Part shown: in pieces, positions 1 to 15,025 of the stretch
Layout of the letters: each line of letters starts with the position of its first letter
Position numbering within the stretch: the first letter of the stretch is position 1
Assembly (NCBI GenBank): GCA_028534125.1
Contig: CM052816.1
Location: 84,322,001 to 84,386,000, forward strand
From: Lama glama
Taxonomy: Eukaryota
Reading direction: 5' to 3'
DNA length: 64,000 bases
The notes under the pieces: generated by a model
The model's input: only the letters and a program-made list of their open reading frames with translations
Told to the model about the DNA's origin: nothing
The model's database searches: none
Made by a program: the position numbers and the translations under genes

Positions 1-3000
1 CTCTTCTGCTGCATCGGTTGTCTTCATTTTCTTGAGTAGACCAAATATTTTTGTAATCCAGTGCTTTGCTTTACTCTTCCTGTTTCTTCTGACATAATCA
101 TTTTTATTAACATGCTTCTTATACTTGAGTTCGAACTATCCTTCAGAGCTCTGCTAAAATGTTGCTATTTCAGAAAGAACTTTGCTAAACAATCAATTCA
201 AAGCATTTCCTCCCCCTCATACTCCTGTCCTTTCCCTCACTGTAATGAAGAGAAGTTGTACCTATTCAGTTGTATTTATATTTTTAAAAGAGAATTTTAA
301 GGTCTAACTTGTGACTAGGTATTTTCTATAGTCTTTCCATAGCTTTCTTCTAGATGAATCTTCTCTTAACCTTGCAGGTTGACTCATGGATGAATTGTTT
401 AAGCAGACTATTACACACATATCATCTGTCTCTACTTTGTACATTATCCATCGAATACTGAGTGCTACAGGAAGCCTTTATTATCAGGAACTGCATTTAA
501 ATAGTCTCTCTCCTGCACATCTATATTCTCTGATCTATATCAAACTGAGACTTTTAAAGGGAAATTCTCTCATATACCCCTCCAAGCTATGTCAGTCACA
601 TGGGTTCCTGATTTTAACCAACAGTACAGTCAGCTGATCCCATGGTGCTCAAACAAGAAACTGACTAACACGTGTTCTTTTAAGATTTCTAACTCTATCC
701 TCAGGAAGGAAATTTGGTGGGTTGTCTTGAGTTTTGTCTTACGTAATAGAAATATGTGGCTTGCATCCTTAGGAACGAATCAGGTTCTTTTTCAAACCTT
801 TGTTGTCTACACTCTGTTTATGCCTTGAGATTCTTTGCTCACTTATATACGTTTGCACAGTCGCGGCTGTTCCACTACTGATACCCAGGGCCTGGCTCAG
901 TGCTGTCTGTATCCTGTCTTTCAGTCAGTAATTCTCTGCTTTGACCTAAGGATTTACCCTCCTGCTCAGATCTCAGAGAAAGGGACTTTAGCAGGAAATC
1001 TTCTTGCCCATACTTTTTATATAATTCATTATTTCTCAGCAGCTTCTATAGTTCCCTGCTGATTTTTTGGCTTCTTACAGGATGTAACTCATTTACAGAG
1101 ACGCAAGGCTCCCTAAGCTATATTCTCACATGAAACACGTTATTATCTCTGATTCAATTCTCAACTTCAGGATTTTGCAAAGGAAAGCCTTGTTTTTCCA
1201 AGAAGATTATGAACAATATCTGTGATTGTCTGTTATTTGTTAGCATATTTTCCTATTGTTCCTCTAGCTCTCTGCAACTTTACAAATCTATTTTCTTTCA
1301 TAAGGTCCTAAAGATACTTATACATGGAGCTCGTACCCTGCTCTATTACCAACTTATCAAGAATCTCCTTGGCTTCTATGCCTGGATCTAGCCAGGAACT
1401 GCAAAGCTTAGACAGTCCTCTCAGAGATGAGCTCTGACAGCTAAGTATGTACATTTTTTAATGCTAATGTGACAGATTTCAGCCTTGCAATATTGCTTCT
1501 GAAGACCAGGTCCTTGGGAATATGGAACCATGCTGCTGTAATTGAAGACTGTCACAGGATATTTCATGCTTCCATGGAAATCTCAGATCTGCAGCCAGCC
1601 TTAGCAGAACAGTTATCACTGTAACTCGGAAACTGGGGTATTGAGTAACCATTCCCTGACTTGGATTTACCTGTAGGGAGTTTCCTTTTTTATTTTTATT
1701 TTTTAATTCTCTCAGTGATAGAATTACACCGTGTTCATAGATCTTTTCCTTATTTTCTACTATCCTAATTTTCATATATGACCAGTCCTAAACTCTCTTG
1801 TTCGATTATAAATATCTTTCAACCTTTTAAATGTCTATCTCTACAATATACTCCATATAATAGACACTGTAATTTTAACAGCTTATATCTAGTATTTAGC
1901 ACACAATTGGTCCTTAAGGATGAAATTTATTGTAAGAAGAAAGATACCTTGTGATTTTTTCCTTTCACTTGACCTATAGTGTATTTGTTTTTCAATTCAT
2001 ACATCTTTACCCTTTACCATCTGAACACTTTTTGGTCCTTAACACTTTTGCAAAAAGGTCTGCTACCTCCTTACTTTAACTGAAATGAGTTGTTCCTCCA
2101 ATTACAAATGAACATTAAAATATCTGATACAGATTCCAGCCAAGGCAATCTTAAGGGAGACATCATATCATAGATTAGGTTTAGCATGCATTTCCCATCT
2201 ACACCATGTTCATTCTCACTCATGATCATTGACTTCTGTCACTGCAGTGTATTTTTCAGGAAGCATCCAGTCAGGAAGCATCCAGAATGAACAAGAATAG
2301 TCTAGATAACTCACTCGATTAAAATGAAAATCTCACTGATTCCTGCCATTTCCCGTTCTACTCTCATCCTGATAGTAAAGAAAAGTTCAAAAAGAAAGGT
2401 GACAAGTCTATGACTGACTATAAAACTTATCATTGAAACAGGAGCAATTTTCAGAGTCAAAAAGGAGGATACAATTAAAATAATCTAATTTTGAAATATT
2501 CTTGTTTTAACAAAATAGTTATTTATCATATTGGAAGATACAATAAATATTTATATTACAACATTTTCAAAAATAAAATTATTTCTAAACCAGAAATACA
2601 ATCTTGTCAGTAAAACAAGATTTTTACTTTGTTCTTTATTTTTATTATATAAGCAACAAATTAAGAGTAAGATGAGCAGAGGAAGTCCTTTGCATATTAA
2701 TTTATATGAATCAGTTTCTCAGCCCTAAATGTTTTATCTTACTGCATTTTTTCTTCATAACTCCATTTTCCACTATGATTATATTAGTTTATTTTTTATA
2801 AAAGCACCAGCAATTATCTTCAAATTCTATTTTACTCTTGCAAAATTTGAAACTGAGACACTTCTTTCTTTAAACCATAATATTTTTAATCGAAAAAGTA
2901 ATCTCTCTCAAAGTGCTGAGCTGAAAACAAGTCCTACTAATGGAGTATTTTCTTAAAACTATTTTTTTCTGCATATGAATATGTAAATATTGAAGCTCTA

Positions 3001-4377
3001 GCATTTTCACAGATGCTGCATTTTTTTCTGCATTTAGAGTGTCTATCCTTGACAAACATTTTATAAAATGAAACTCATTGAATAAATTCTATTTATGATT
3101 ATTAACAGTATATTTTCCTAGAGGCGCAGACTAAAAAGTCAAAGTCCTTTTATGTTTTATTCTATTTTGGTATGGGATATACATCTAATTAAAAATGAGT
3201 GTTCTATGAAAATATTTTACCAACAAGTTGAGATATTCAAAATTAAACCATGTTCATTATTTTAGCTCTTGTTATTTAATATTTTCAGGTCCTCTTTTAT
3301 TTTTATAGGGATGATGTCTTATCCCTTAGCCTTTGGAAATACTTCTTTTTAATAGCTGCCGTTCACTAAGAGCTTTAAAGCTGTGTTTACTAAATGTTTT
3401 AACTATGTAATGTTTTACTAAATTTTGCCAACTGGTATTAAACTACAACCAAAATATAAGGGATTCATTAACAAAAATATATTTACTATCATTGTAGCAT
3501 ATAAACTGATAAACTGATTTACAACATAGTTCTTCAAGGGTTTAAACATTTCTAAAATACGATTAGAGTGACAAAAAGTAAAAAGAAGGACAATTAAATT
3601 TGAAATCTGGTTTAAAAAGAAATCCAAACTTCTGCTGAAGAGGCAACACACTGACACCTATTGCTTCGTGTTGCATGTGTACAGGAAAAATTTGGAACAG
3701 AATATGAGTAAAGTCACCTAGGACAGAAGTTATTTGATCTAAATGAAAAATAGGGCTTCAAAAAGTGATATCCACTGACATTTTATACAGGTACCGTAAT
3801 AACTCCTCTTCCTGTGAGATAGCCTTCTTAAATAAGAAAGTTATCATTCTTTCAACATATTTGTGGCCCACATGACCATATTCTTACAGCTTCCATAGTG
3901 AATGCAAATGTCAACATTTTATTCAAGTTACATATTCATCATCAAATTTCTTAAGATACTGAAATCCACTACTCAAATTCTCATTAAAGTCGTATTTTGT
4001 CCTTGGAAGGTAAATATCTATTCTGTTGCATCTGGAAAGGTTGGGGAAGAAAATAAATAGTAACTTGCTATGAAAAGAAAAACCAGAAGAAGTGCTAAAC
4101 TGAATGAGAAGTGAAGGTAATAAAATAGAGCTGTTGCAAACAGAACATGCGATCATCTTTTAAGTATATGACACAGGTACACCCTGTGGTGTGGCAGTCC
4201 CTAATCATTGATGAATGCCTTCTTTCTTCATTGTTCCATATTCTAGGCCCATGATCTTTCTCAACACAGGACACCTAACGGTAAGGTTAAATTTTCCTTG
4301 GTAAGATAAACACTCAATCCAAGCCAGAGTTAAGTTCAAAAACAAAGCCATGCTAAATAAAGTGTATACTAAAAGTA

Positions 4378-4380
<3 letters not shown>

Positions 4381-4420
<40 letters not shown>
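4381..4420. repeat. (AG)20 microsatellite
   Basis: Perfect AG dinucleotide run read directly; explains the SLSLSL stretch of ORF 4205..4480. Confidence 0.98.
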
Positions 4421-4423
<3 letters not shown>

Positions 4424-6339
4424 ACTCTTCCATGGGCAAAGAAAAGCAAAGCAATAACAAATAATTCCAAGGACTTCCACAAATTTATGATGGTTGATTT
4501 CTGGATACAGGCTAGATAGTATATATATGTTTTAACTGATTAAGAAAGAAAAGAAGAATCTAAAATATGAATGAATTGGAAGATACCACAAAAATTCAGA
4601 TAGATTGCGGAAAACAGGACATAGAAATTATAATTACTAAGTTGGATTTACAATTATTACTGAAACATTTAGTAACTGAATTTTAAAACACAAGGAAAAG
4701 TTTAGCACTCCTTTGGAAAATGTATTCTTAAATTTACCAGTGACTTTCTGCCACATATTGAATCACACATACCTGACAAAATTCTAAAATGCTTTGGAAG
4801 AAATGCACTCTCTACTTCTACTGGAAGGGTTAATAATTATTTGTACAAGTGAGAGATATATAATAAAAATAAATCATTGAAACAGAGGAAATAAATACTT
4901 TAATAAATTAAACTTTATTATATAAAGTAATTTAATTTTTTTAAGAAATTCAATGTGGACTTTACTGTTTTATTATCTTATTATTATTATCTTCCTTTCT
5001 AGTCTATTACCTTGTTTTAGAATAAGAAATATATGCAAGCTGAATGCATCACACAACTGAAAAGGTTGATCTTGATAGTAATTTCATGAAAGTCACGTAT
5101 GTCTTGAAAATAAAAAATAATCTTTACATGAAGTAAAACAGTTTTTAGAAAAAATACTTTCTTTCATAATCAATTATCAGTTTATATTTATATGAAGAAC
5201 AGATCTCAGATTGTATACTTGTCCTTAGAGAATTAAAAAGGGCAAAGCAAGAAAACTTGTCTGAACCAGGAGAAGTGAACATCAGAAAATAATTTCAGCA
5301 ACACAAAATGGAACATAAATTTGAGATTATTCAAAACATTTGATTTTATTACATCTCCATATCAATTTTTAAGATATTTAGATAAATCTTCCAAAATATA
5401 ATTGTATATTATGGAGTTTTAGGTAAGTAATTTTTTTATCTGCTTAACACAAAGTAGCACTATTTTGAAATGTATTATTTTTACTCTCCAGAAAGGTGAC
5501 CCCAATAATTTCACTATGTTTCTGTATGAATCAAGACTGCAGTTAAAAAGTAGTGTCTACTAAAAGAAACCCTCATCAAATCTATTCTCTAGATGGCTGA
5601 ATTAACTATTTTAAATATAATGAGGGTTTTTTGGGGACAAGATTAGGTGTAAAGAACTTTTTTGTTATTACAACAACAATTAAATTAAACAAAATAATTT
5701 GTACTAAATGCTGAATTAAAAATGGAGGAAATAGTCATATCTGGTTCAAAGAAACTAACACATACATACATTTTAGTAGTCAGAATTGGTTACCATAGTT
5801 AAATGGAAAAACATGGTAAAAATAAGCCTATAAGATTATTGCTGAGATTTACTGAAACAGAAAGCATTGAAAATAATTAATCATTCCCTTGTACAAGAGG
5901 AATGGATTTGGATTAAAGTTACAATTGGCACAGTAACAGTTCTGAATAGAGCAAAGCAAATCATAGCATCTGCTTATTAAGTAAAGAATAAAAAGTAAAG
6001 AACTCCTCCATTAAGGCAGATTTAGTTAGTGTTGCAGGTGACATCAAATACTCCTGCTACACAGTAATGTCCTCTGCATGTCTTTTTATAACACGGGAAA
6101 AAGTTAAAATTTTTATTAACCCTTCTAACACAAGCATCATAAGTGGTTTTAACAACACAGAATATACAAAACAAGATATTTTAAACAAATTGCAGATAAA
6201 GCTTTCTTCATTTCTGTAATTAAATATCATTTCACAACAATAGGATTTTTGAATAGGAATTTGATATATCTCTGTTTAAGTTCCAACCAGGATCTGTTTG
6301 TATAATTGGTACAGCATAATTGGACTTCTTACTTGTCAG

Positions 6340-6555
6340 CCCAAGGTCTAACCCTGAGAGTTTTGGAGACCAAAATGGAAGAAAGATACATTGCTTTTAA
6401 TAATTTAGCCTTGTAAGTTGCATAATATCACTTCTGTCTTCTCCTTTAGATGAAGTAGACAAAAAGGTGGTAAGACAATGGGAAAGGAACAGAGACTTCT
6501 ACCTCTCAAAGGCAGAAGCATCAAAGAATTTGCAGCCATCTCTTAAAAACATCAC
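6340..6555 (-). mobile_element. MaLR LTR fragment (MLT1H/I/J-like)
   Basis: Ends ...aaagaatttgcagccatctcttaaaaacatcaca, resembling the reverse-complemented 5' end of old MLT1 LTRs (recalled consensus). Confidence 0.5.
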
Positions 6556-8749
6556 ACACATAACAGGGTGTGTGTGTTTGTGTACAGATGATTACGTGTG
6601 CATATGTAACTACCAAACTCTACACATACACTTAGGTGTATATATTACATAAGTATATATATTTGTTTAAATAATTGATATATTTGAAAATAAGTACCAT
6701 AGATTAGTAAGTAGAGCCAGTGATAAATGTATATCTGTGGCTCTTTTGGAAATAGGTTTTTCAGTGTTAAATTAAAATGAAATTAGAACCACATCTTCCA
6801 TCCACTAAATAAAAACAAAAAAAGCAAAAAAACTGAAAAATGTACAAGCACATTGCCCTCATTAAAATGGCAGAAGTAATAGTTTTAATGAATTTATTTG
6901 TACCAAACATAAACTCAATGTTTTATCTTTATCTTATATTTCAAAATTTTATCTGCATATTTCATGCATAGATAACATATTATAATATTCTTATATATCC
7001 TATTTATCAATTAATAATTCATGTATTTGGGTTGAATTCTCACATCTTTAAGTGGTATAATTTGAAATGAAATTATTTAAAAAGAACTATTTAAAAAATA
7101 TCCAGGAAACAGGTTAGACTTGATTTGGACTGATTTCATTTTCACTAAGTTGAGTACAGAAGCTTTCAAATGAAATTAAACACCTGCTTTTTGCCTACCA
7201 TACAACAGTCCATCTGTGGGTTGGCTACAGATCTGGGATCATTTCACCTTTCTAGTAGCTGTAGAAATATCATTAATGAAACATTTCTTCATTGTACCAT
7301 ATTTTACTAAAAGCAAAGCAGACATTTTACCTCTGATCACTTTTTTTTATCTTTTGGTAAATGGACAAAAACATGATTTAGTGGTAAAAAGAGTGAAAAT
7401 ATTCATCAAAATAAATAATTTAGGAGGAGTTGCCTGTATTTTTCTTTCTGTGTTGGCTCTTAGCAACTCAACTTTTTTAGTTCTTAATTGGGGCTTAGAA
7501 ATCTGGGCAATGTGTTATCTCTTAAATATATCCTGTGATTTTCAGTTATGACACCTAATTTAAATTGGATGGCAATATTCAATATGTAACCTGTATCTGG
7601 AAACAAAACTTTTACAGAGCCATTTGAAAATACTGTTAATGATCTTTTTTTTGTGACTCAGCATGTGTTTCTTAAGATGCATAGAATTTCAATTTGAATT
7701 GTAACGATAATTGTCAACTTTTTTTTTCCCATTCCCTTTCTTTTGCTTGAAGGATGATCATACCAAATGCAGAATAAAGCATAGAGCTTCATATAATGAT
7801 TTGATTATAGCTTGTTAAGAATAGACTTGTTTTCTACTCATCATTCTTGCTTGAATTTTTCACTGAGCTGTGCTCTTTTAGAAATTTGTTGAGTGGGAAG
7901 ATGTGAGCTTATGTAAACATGCATTGAACAGCTGAACTGAAATGTTTATAGTCCCAAACAGGAGATTACTCATTGGCACTAGTACAATGCACAGACATTT
8001 TCATGCACGGTCTGTAACTGCAATATTGTATTTGAGGAAAAATGTGTTTGATAAAGAGTGAAAACAACTCTACAGTTGCTCAGGAAGACAACATTAGTTA
8101 AGTTAACCAAATCAATGTTTCATCTCCTGGTTTCTGTTTCATCAGATTCATGGAACATTATGTTATAAAGCATACTGAAAGGCAAAATTATAATTAAATA
8201 AGATGTGATAAAATAAATTCTGATTCACTCAATTAAGTGTAAAAAGAGTACTGCTAAATTTTGCGTGTGTATAATAGTATTATTTATAGTACAGAAATTA
8301 CTCAATTACCTTGTCATGTGTTTTACTATTTTCTCCATTTGTGGAAAAAAAGTAATATCAATGCCAATCCTATTATATTTAATCAATCTATTCAAGATGC
8401 TTTGCTGTAGCTAGAAAAAAAAAGTAAATTCATTATTGAATCATTCTTCTTAAACTGATTATAGTTTCCTCACAGATTCGCTCCAAGTTGTTCATTCAAA
8501 TTCCAGGATTTTATGGGAAACAAAAAGAATGAGTCTTTTGATTAGCTTATTTAACTTATAAAATGCTAATAAGATGTTTTTGGCAGGAGACAGCAGATAG
8601 ACTTCAGGTTTCCATATTTCCACTTCATCATTTCTCTGCTACAGTTCATAGAGCTTTTTGTCTTGTTCTTACTCTTTCTAGCTTTTCAAACTTTGACCAA
8701 TGAGCAGAACTTTCAAATCACAATTTGAAAAAATTAGAAAGAACATTGT

Positions 8750-8905
8750 CCCCATCCTTAAAACAAGATTAAGAAGTTATACTAAGTACAAATTAATGTC
8801 CTTTATGGAAAACATTGAACAGCTGAAGGTCAAACAACTTACCTAATCTAAAGAAAGATGGATGTATGAGGAGAAAAATGGAATCTGAGTATTTGCTTAT
8901 CTGGG
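8750..8905 (-). mobile_element. MIR SINE relic
   Basis: tttatggaaaacattgaacagctgaaggtcaaacaacttacctaat resembles the antisense MIR core (ttttacagatgaggaaactgaggctcagagaggttaagtaacttgcccaag); highly diverged. Confidence 0.45.
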
Positions 8906-9581
8906 ACAGATATTTGGTCATATCATTTTGCTGGTAGATTCAACTCGAACATTTAAATGCGTTTCTAAAGACTAATTGTGGGCTAGCACGATAGTGTGAA
9001 GCTCTAGCAGACCTGAGACAAAGGGCAATTTGGAGGAGCTTGCAGACTTATTCTTCTTGCAACACCACCCAGTGTCATGAAAGATCAGAGAGAATATTTA
9101 GAAAATTATCCCATTTGGTGTTGACTTGGTAGGCATAGGAGGCACTTGCAAAATCCATCCAGCTACATCACATTTAAAAATATGTGTATGTATAAAAGTG
9201 TATTATATATAATATATAAATATGTACAGTATACACACACACACACATATATGATATATCCCTTAATATACAAGGATTTTTAAAAAACGTAGTCTGCATT
9301 GGTGGAAATCCACTGCAACAGGAAGATTGGGAGAGAAATAAGGGGGAAAGAATGAGAGATTCTAGCACTGGCTGGGGTGTGGTGGAGAGCAGAATGGAGA
9401 AGACAGAAGAAAGACTCACCCAATAGGATGTAGGTAAACTAAGGGTTTTCTGCCCAGGTGACCTACCTATAAAATAAACATCTATATCAAACTGAAACAT
9501 AGGATAAGATAAATAAACCTAAGGGAAGGTAAAAATCTTTACAGGAGAAGTCAGATTATAAATATCAAAGGAATGAGGTAA

Positions 9582-10024
9582 TGACAAAGACTCTCCTAAT
9601 CAAATGTTACTCAGGCTCCTCTAAGCCTGTTTTCAAGAAGGCTCCATCATTGGGCCATGCCCTCAGGAGCAAGAATCCTGGTAGGTCAGGTTAGTGAAAA
9701 TCCTCACTCTTAACATCTGATTATCTTTGATATTTGATCAAATTCCTCATCCCCTGCCATCCCTCAGGTGCTACCTGACCACCTTGGCCTCCCTACAAGA
9801 ATCCTGTCACATTGGTTTGGCCAGAATCCTCTCTTTCATCAGATGTTCCTTGTTGTAATTTCCATCTGCTGATCCCCACTCTATTCCATGGCTATAATCT
9901 CCACTTTCCCTTGCTATATTAGGAGTTGAGCCTGAGCTCTCTTCTACAGCAGAAGTCCCTCTGGAATAGTCTTCTTCTTTACCATCTTTAACAAGTGTCA
10001 GGAAACATGTTTTAATTGTTTAAA
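9582..10024 (+). mobile_element. MER31-type ERV1 solo LTR
   Basis: Starts tgacaaagactctc, has the internally repeated caagaatcctg motif, tgatcaaattcctcatcccc, TATA-like ggctataa, and ends accatctttaacaagtgtca...; collinear with recalled MER31 consensus. Confidence 0.85.
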
Positions 10025-10189
10025 AAAATCAACATTAGAGCACAATAATAGTCATCATGGGCTAATGAATTTTCAAATTTGTGCTCAAAAGCTTTAAGGA
10101 GAAGCAGAATAGGTGCACAGCTTCAAAATATCTCCTTCAGTCTATTTAATTACTATTATTTTTATGTAAGTCCAGAAATGGAGTTTGGC

Positions 10190-10840
10190 TCCCTTCTTCT
10201 AGAACTTAGTGACTTCCTTCTCTACAATAGAGTTTACAAAAGGAAAAGCAGTCATTTTACAATAGAAAAACCTGACAGATATCACATTAAATCATCAAGG
10301 TTATCACTGAGAATGTGTCATGCTGATATTATGTATCTCCTGACATAATGGGATGAGAACACCACCTTTGTGGTATTCACATATATCCACGTAGAACGAT
10401 GGTGGTCTATAAGTTATTTGACTAGTACCCTTCAAAAATGTCTAGATTTGGAAAAAAAGAAAGAAAGAGAGAAAATGTCACAGATTAAATTAGGTTAAGG
10501 CGACATGATGTCTGAATGCAATGTTAATATCCAGGATTGTATCCTGGAGTACAGAAAAGACAAAAGTGGAAAAACTATAGAGATGTGATATGGTCTGTAA
10601 TTTAGCTATTATTATTGTACTGAAGTTAATTACTAAGTTTTGATAATAGACAAGATATACAAATCTATAAAATCAAGAAGTTGAAGGAAACCCAAGCAAG
10701 ATAAATCCAAAGAACATTCCAAGACACATTATCAGATTTCAGCATCAGTGAAAGGTGAATCAAAAGTATAAAGATATTCTCTGTATGATTTTTGTTCTTC
10801 TGAAATACATTATTTCTAAATTTAAAAATCTTTTCAAATC
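10190..10840 (+). mobile_element. Old L1 3' UTR fragment (L1MC4-like)
   Basis: Motifs tttacaatagaaaaacctgacaga, gacatgatgtctgaatgcaatg, atcctggagtacagaaaagaca, gtggaaaaacta typical of L1MC 3' ends. Confidence 0.7.
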
Positions 10841-13334
10841 TAGAGATGAATAGCTGTGATATTTTCAGTTTCAACCATTCTCCCTCAGAATGCCCTCTTA
10901 ACTGATCCTTGGTTTTACTACATCTCTAAGAGTTCGGTATAAATTATTTTATGATATCTGCAGGAAGTACAATCCCAAAATATGTACATTTAAGCAAAAT
11001 ACACTTTTTGAAATATTTAAACTTAAGAAGCACATTCGTGAATTTACATCTTTTAAAGCAATCCTTCATTTAAATTTAAACATGGATGAGTCAATAATGC
11101 AAATATGCTGCACCGTCATAGAAAATTGTTCCTGACAGCACCGTTCTCTCACCTAGAGGAATACTGCCATGCACACAAAATTGCTCCTTAAGTGACAACA
11201 ACTTCCTATTTCTATTAATAGAGACAATGTTTTTCCTGCCCCTAGCCTGCCTCTGGGAAGATATCCTCCCACATGTGACTGTGCTTCAGTGATACTGCTT
11301 TCCCCCTTTCACAATAAGTGGCTTGTGTATCACTTTATATTTCAACCCAACTATGTTATTTTTAATTCCTTCAAATAATCTAAGGACTTGGCATAAAAGT
11401 AGTGTTCCACATTCTTGTGATCTTCAGCAGGAAAATTTCATCTACTTATTTTAGTGCCCTTGAAAGTGTTCTCAAGTATTTTGAGTGAAACTAGTTTCTA
11501 AATACTGGTCTTGTATTTTCCCTTCACCTTATATGTGGTGATACAAATGTATTAAATCAAAATTAAGATTTTGAATTCATAGATGTAGAAACTCCAAATC
11601 ACTACAAGCCAGCATGACAGCTTAATTTTTGTCTGAAAGTTTAAACCTGATTTGGAAAGAATATGAACTTTTTACACCTCCCTCTGCCTGTGTGTTACAC
11701 TACAAAATCAGTGGTGAGTTAATCCATTTTCTTTAATATTCACTCTAATTTTTGTCATTTTATTTAATTAATTTATGCTTATTCCTACTTTCTCTTACAT
11801 TGATCACCATAAACAACAGGTTTTCAAACTCTTCAGGGTCTGTAATTTTTTTAAAAATCTCAATTCAGATTCACGTCTCATAAAAACTTTTCCTTGAAGA
11901 TCACAGCTTCCATTGAACTCCCTTCGTTTAAATTATTAAAATATAAATAAGAAAAAAGAAAAGAAAAAATGGGGTTTATTTACTTTTTGTTAAGTGTTGA
12001 ACTATTTTTTACTATCTTACTAATTTTCATATTTACTCTGTAATACGGACATTATTAATCTCCCTTTGATGGGAAATTTCAAATACTGAGCACTCTAATA
12101 TAATGATATATTCCATGTTCTTTTTTATTACTAATTTTCTGAAGGTTATACAATGTCCTTTACTTTAAACTTCTCTGACCGTTAAAGATTTGCATAAAAT
12201 ATATACAAATAGAGCGTTCAGAATATAGAGTTTTAGAAAACTCTAAGTAACTTGGATTATGATATAAGTATATCGAAAGAGACAGAATGAGTGTTAGAGA
12301 TTGTTCCAGCATAAATGAAAATACATTAGAGAAATTATTCGACTTGTAAGCGTTGATAAAATTCTGCTAAATTTATATTACCATCACCTTGATGGCCAAA
12401 TATAATTCTTACATCAGATCTCTGCAAGTATTTAATTAGCACATAGAAAGTTCCTCACTCACCTCCACAATCTATATCCACCTGTAACAAAGGAATGCAA
12501 AATTCAAGTGTGGTTCAATAAAGTATTATTAATTTCTTCCTGATCTGGTATCTTTTCTTTTTAATATAGATGACTTTTTAATCTTGATTAGGTTGTCTAT
12601 AATTACACTTAGCCCCCAAACACATGGGTCAGTTCTTATTCTCACAGTTGATTTACTGAATAGATGAAAAGAAAATTAGGTCATGATGTATCTGTCTGGG
12701 TTATCTTCATGGGGAATCTCATAAATTGATTACCCTCATGAGAACAGCATCCTAACACTCTTTGGAGGAGGAAATGTACTCTAATTAACATCTACAGTGC
12801 AACTGAGGATAATGGAGGCTTACTTAGTACAGAAACTAAAATCGTAGTAGCCTTGACAATCAGGGGTAACTCGGACCTACTCTTAATGTGCTCCCTTGTT
12901 TTGTGTAAAATTGTACTCTGAAATTAATGATTTTTCCTTCATCAAATCGATTTTTTCAGAAGTATATCCCTTGGAAATGCTGAAAATATTAGCCTACTTA
13001 CCAAATGAATTATAGTTAAGAATCTGTTTTGTTCCCTATCCAAACTCCCTGTTTCAGACAGCAAGATCTATATGCTTACCTTTAAACTTGTAGGACTACT
13101 ATGCACACATGCAAAGAGGAAAGATATTCTCTGAGACCTGAACACAATTTTGGTTACATGAGGCATAGCCAATCAGTATGTGAACACTTTTACACAATGT
13201 GAAGGTCACATGTCTGTGCTAAGCTACCAGAAGCATGATGGAACCTCTTACCTTTTTTAAAACCCCAGATAAAGCCACTGCATTAGGGGGAAGACTGCAT
13301 GCCAAAATTCAGAATACAAGTAAAATTACAACTA

Positions 13335-13397
13335 TATTTAGTTATAGTAGTTTATTTAGTTATAGTTTAGTTTAGTTAGTTACAGTAGTTCAGTAGA
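13335..13397. repeat. Degenerate TTAG/TAGT low-complexity tandem repeat
   Basis: tatttagttatagt occurs at 13335 and 13353, followed by ttagt/tagt iterations; abuts the L1 5' end. Confidence 0.8.
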
Positions 13398-13399
13398 TG

Positions 13400-14577
13400 A
13401 ATCCCTATCAAATTACCAATGACATTTTTCACAGAACTGGAACGAAATTTTTAAAAAAATTGTATGGAAACACAAAAGACCCCAAATAGCCAAAACAATC
13501 TTGAGAAAGAACACAGCTGGAAGAATCAGGCTTCCTGATTTCAGCCTATACTACAAAGCTACAGTAATCAAAACAGTATGTACATAGATCACTAGAACAG
13601 AATAGAGAGCCCAGAAATAAACCTATGCATTTATGATCAATTAATCTATTAAAAAAAGAAGGCAAGAATGTACAATGTAGAAAAGACAGTTCCTTCAATA
13701 AATAGTGCTTATTGAAAAACTGGACAGCAACAGAATGTAACAGAATGAAATTAGAACATTGTCTAACACCATATGCAAAAATAAACTGAAAATGGATTAT
13801 TAAAGACCTAAATGTAAGACTGGGTACTCTAAAACTCCTAGAGGAAAACACAGGTAGAACACTCTGATACAAATCACAGCAATATTTTTTTTCAATCCAT
13901 CTCCTAGAGTAATGGAAATAAAAGCAAAAATAAGCAAATAAGACCTAATTAAACTTAACAGTTTTTGCACAGCAAAGGAAATCATAAACAAAATAAAAAG
14001 GCAATCTATGGAACGGGAGAAAATATTCACCGATGATGTGACCAATAAGGAATTAATTTCTAAAATAGACAAATAGCTTATACAGTTTAATATCAAAAAA
14101 AAACAAATTATCCAATCAAAAAATGGACAGAAGACCTAAATAGACTTTTCTCCAAAGAAGACATATAGCTGCCCAACAGGCACATGAAAAGATGCTCAGT
14201 ATCGCTAATTATTAGAGAAATGTAAATCAAAAATACAATGAGGTATCAGCTTATACCAGTTAGAATGGCCATCATTTAAAAAAGTCTACAAATAATATAT
14301 GCTGGAGAGGGTGTGGGGAAAAGGGAACCTTCCTACATTGTTGGTGGGAATGGAATTTGGTGTAGCCATTATGGAGATCAGTATGGAGGTTCCTTAAGAA
14401 AATAATTGGAAATAGAGTTACCATATGATCCAGCAATTCCATTCCTGGGCATATACTAGAGAAAACTATAATTCATAAAGGTACTACAATGTTCATAGCA
14501 GCACTATTTACAACAGCCAAGAAGTGGAAGCTACCTATATATCCATCAACAGATGAATGGATAAAAATGTGCTCTTG

Positions 14578-14620
<43 letters not shown>

Positions 14621-15025
14621 GTAGTATATTACTTAGCCATTAAAAAAATTAAATAATGCCATTTGCAGCAACATGAGTGGACCTAGATATTATCATATTA
14701 AGTGAAGTAAGTCAAAGACAAATATTTTATGATTCCACTTATATGTGGAATCTAAAAAAAATAATACAAATGAACTTATTGACAAACCAGAAATAGACTC
14801 ACAGACACAGAAAATAAACTATGGTTACCAAAGAAGAAAATAGTGTCGGGGAGGAAAGTTAGTTGTTTGGGATTAACAGATACTTACTACCATATATAAA
14901 ATAGATAAACAGCAAGGACCTAGGGAACTATATTACATTATATATATATTACATGGGGAACTATACTCAATATTTTGTAATAACCTGTAATGGAAAATAA
15001 TCTGAAAAATAATATACACATGTAC
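13400..15025 (+). mobile_element. 5'-truncated L1 (artiodactyl-type): 3' part of ORF2 plus most of the 3' UTR; ORF disrupted
   Basis: ORF2 sequence atccctatcaaattaccaatgacatttttcacagaact ... cacatgaaaagatgctca ... gatccagcaattccattcctgggcata, then 3' UTR with aaaatagataaacagcaaggaccta; ORFs 13546..13872 and 13800..14096 are its antisense. Confidence 0.95.
14571..14620. repeat. Compound (CT)n(TA)n microsatellite inside the L1
   Basis: gctcttgctctcgctctctc...tctatatatatata read directly. Confidence 0.95.

Noticed and set aside
590..1660. GC-richer, possibly LTR-derived sequence
   Set aside because: No termini or family motifs I can support.
2256..2285. Perfect 15-bp tandem duplication tcaggaagcatccag
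   Set aside because: Real, but an ordinary slippage duplication with no spacer structure or evident function.
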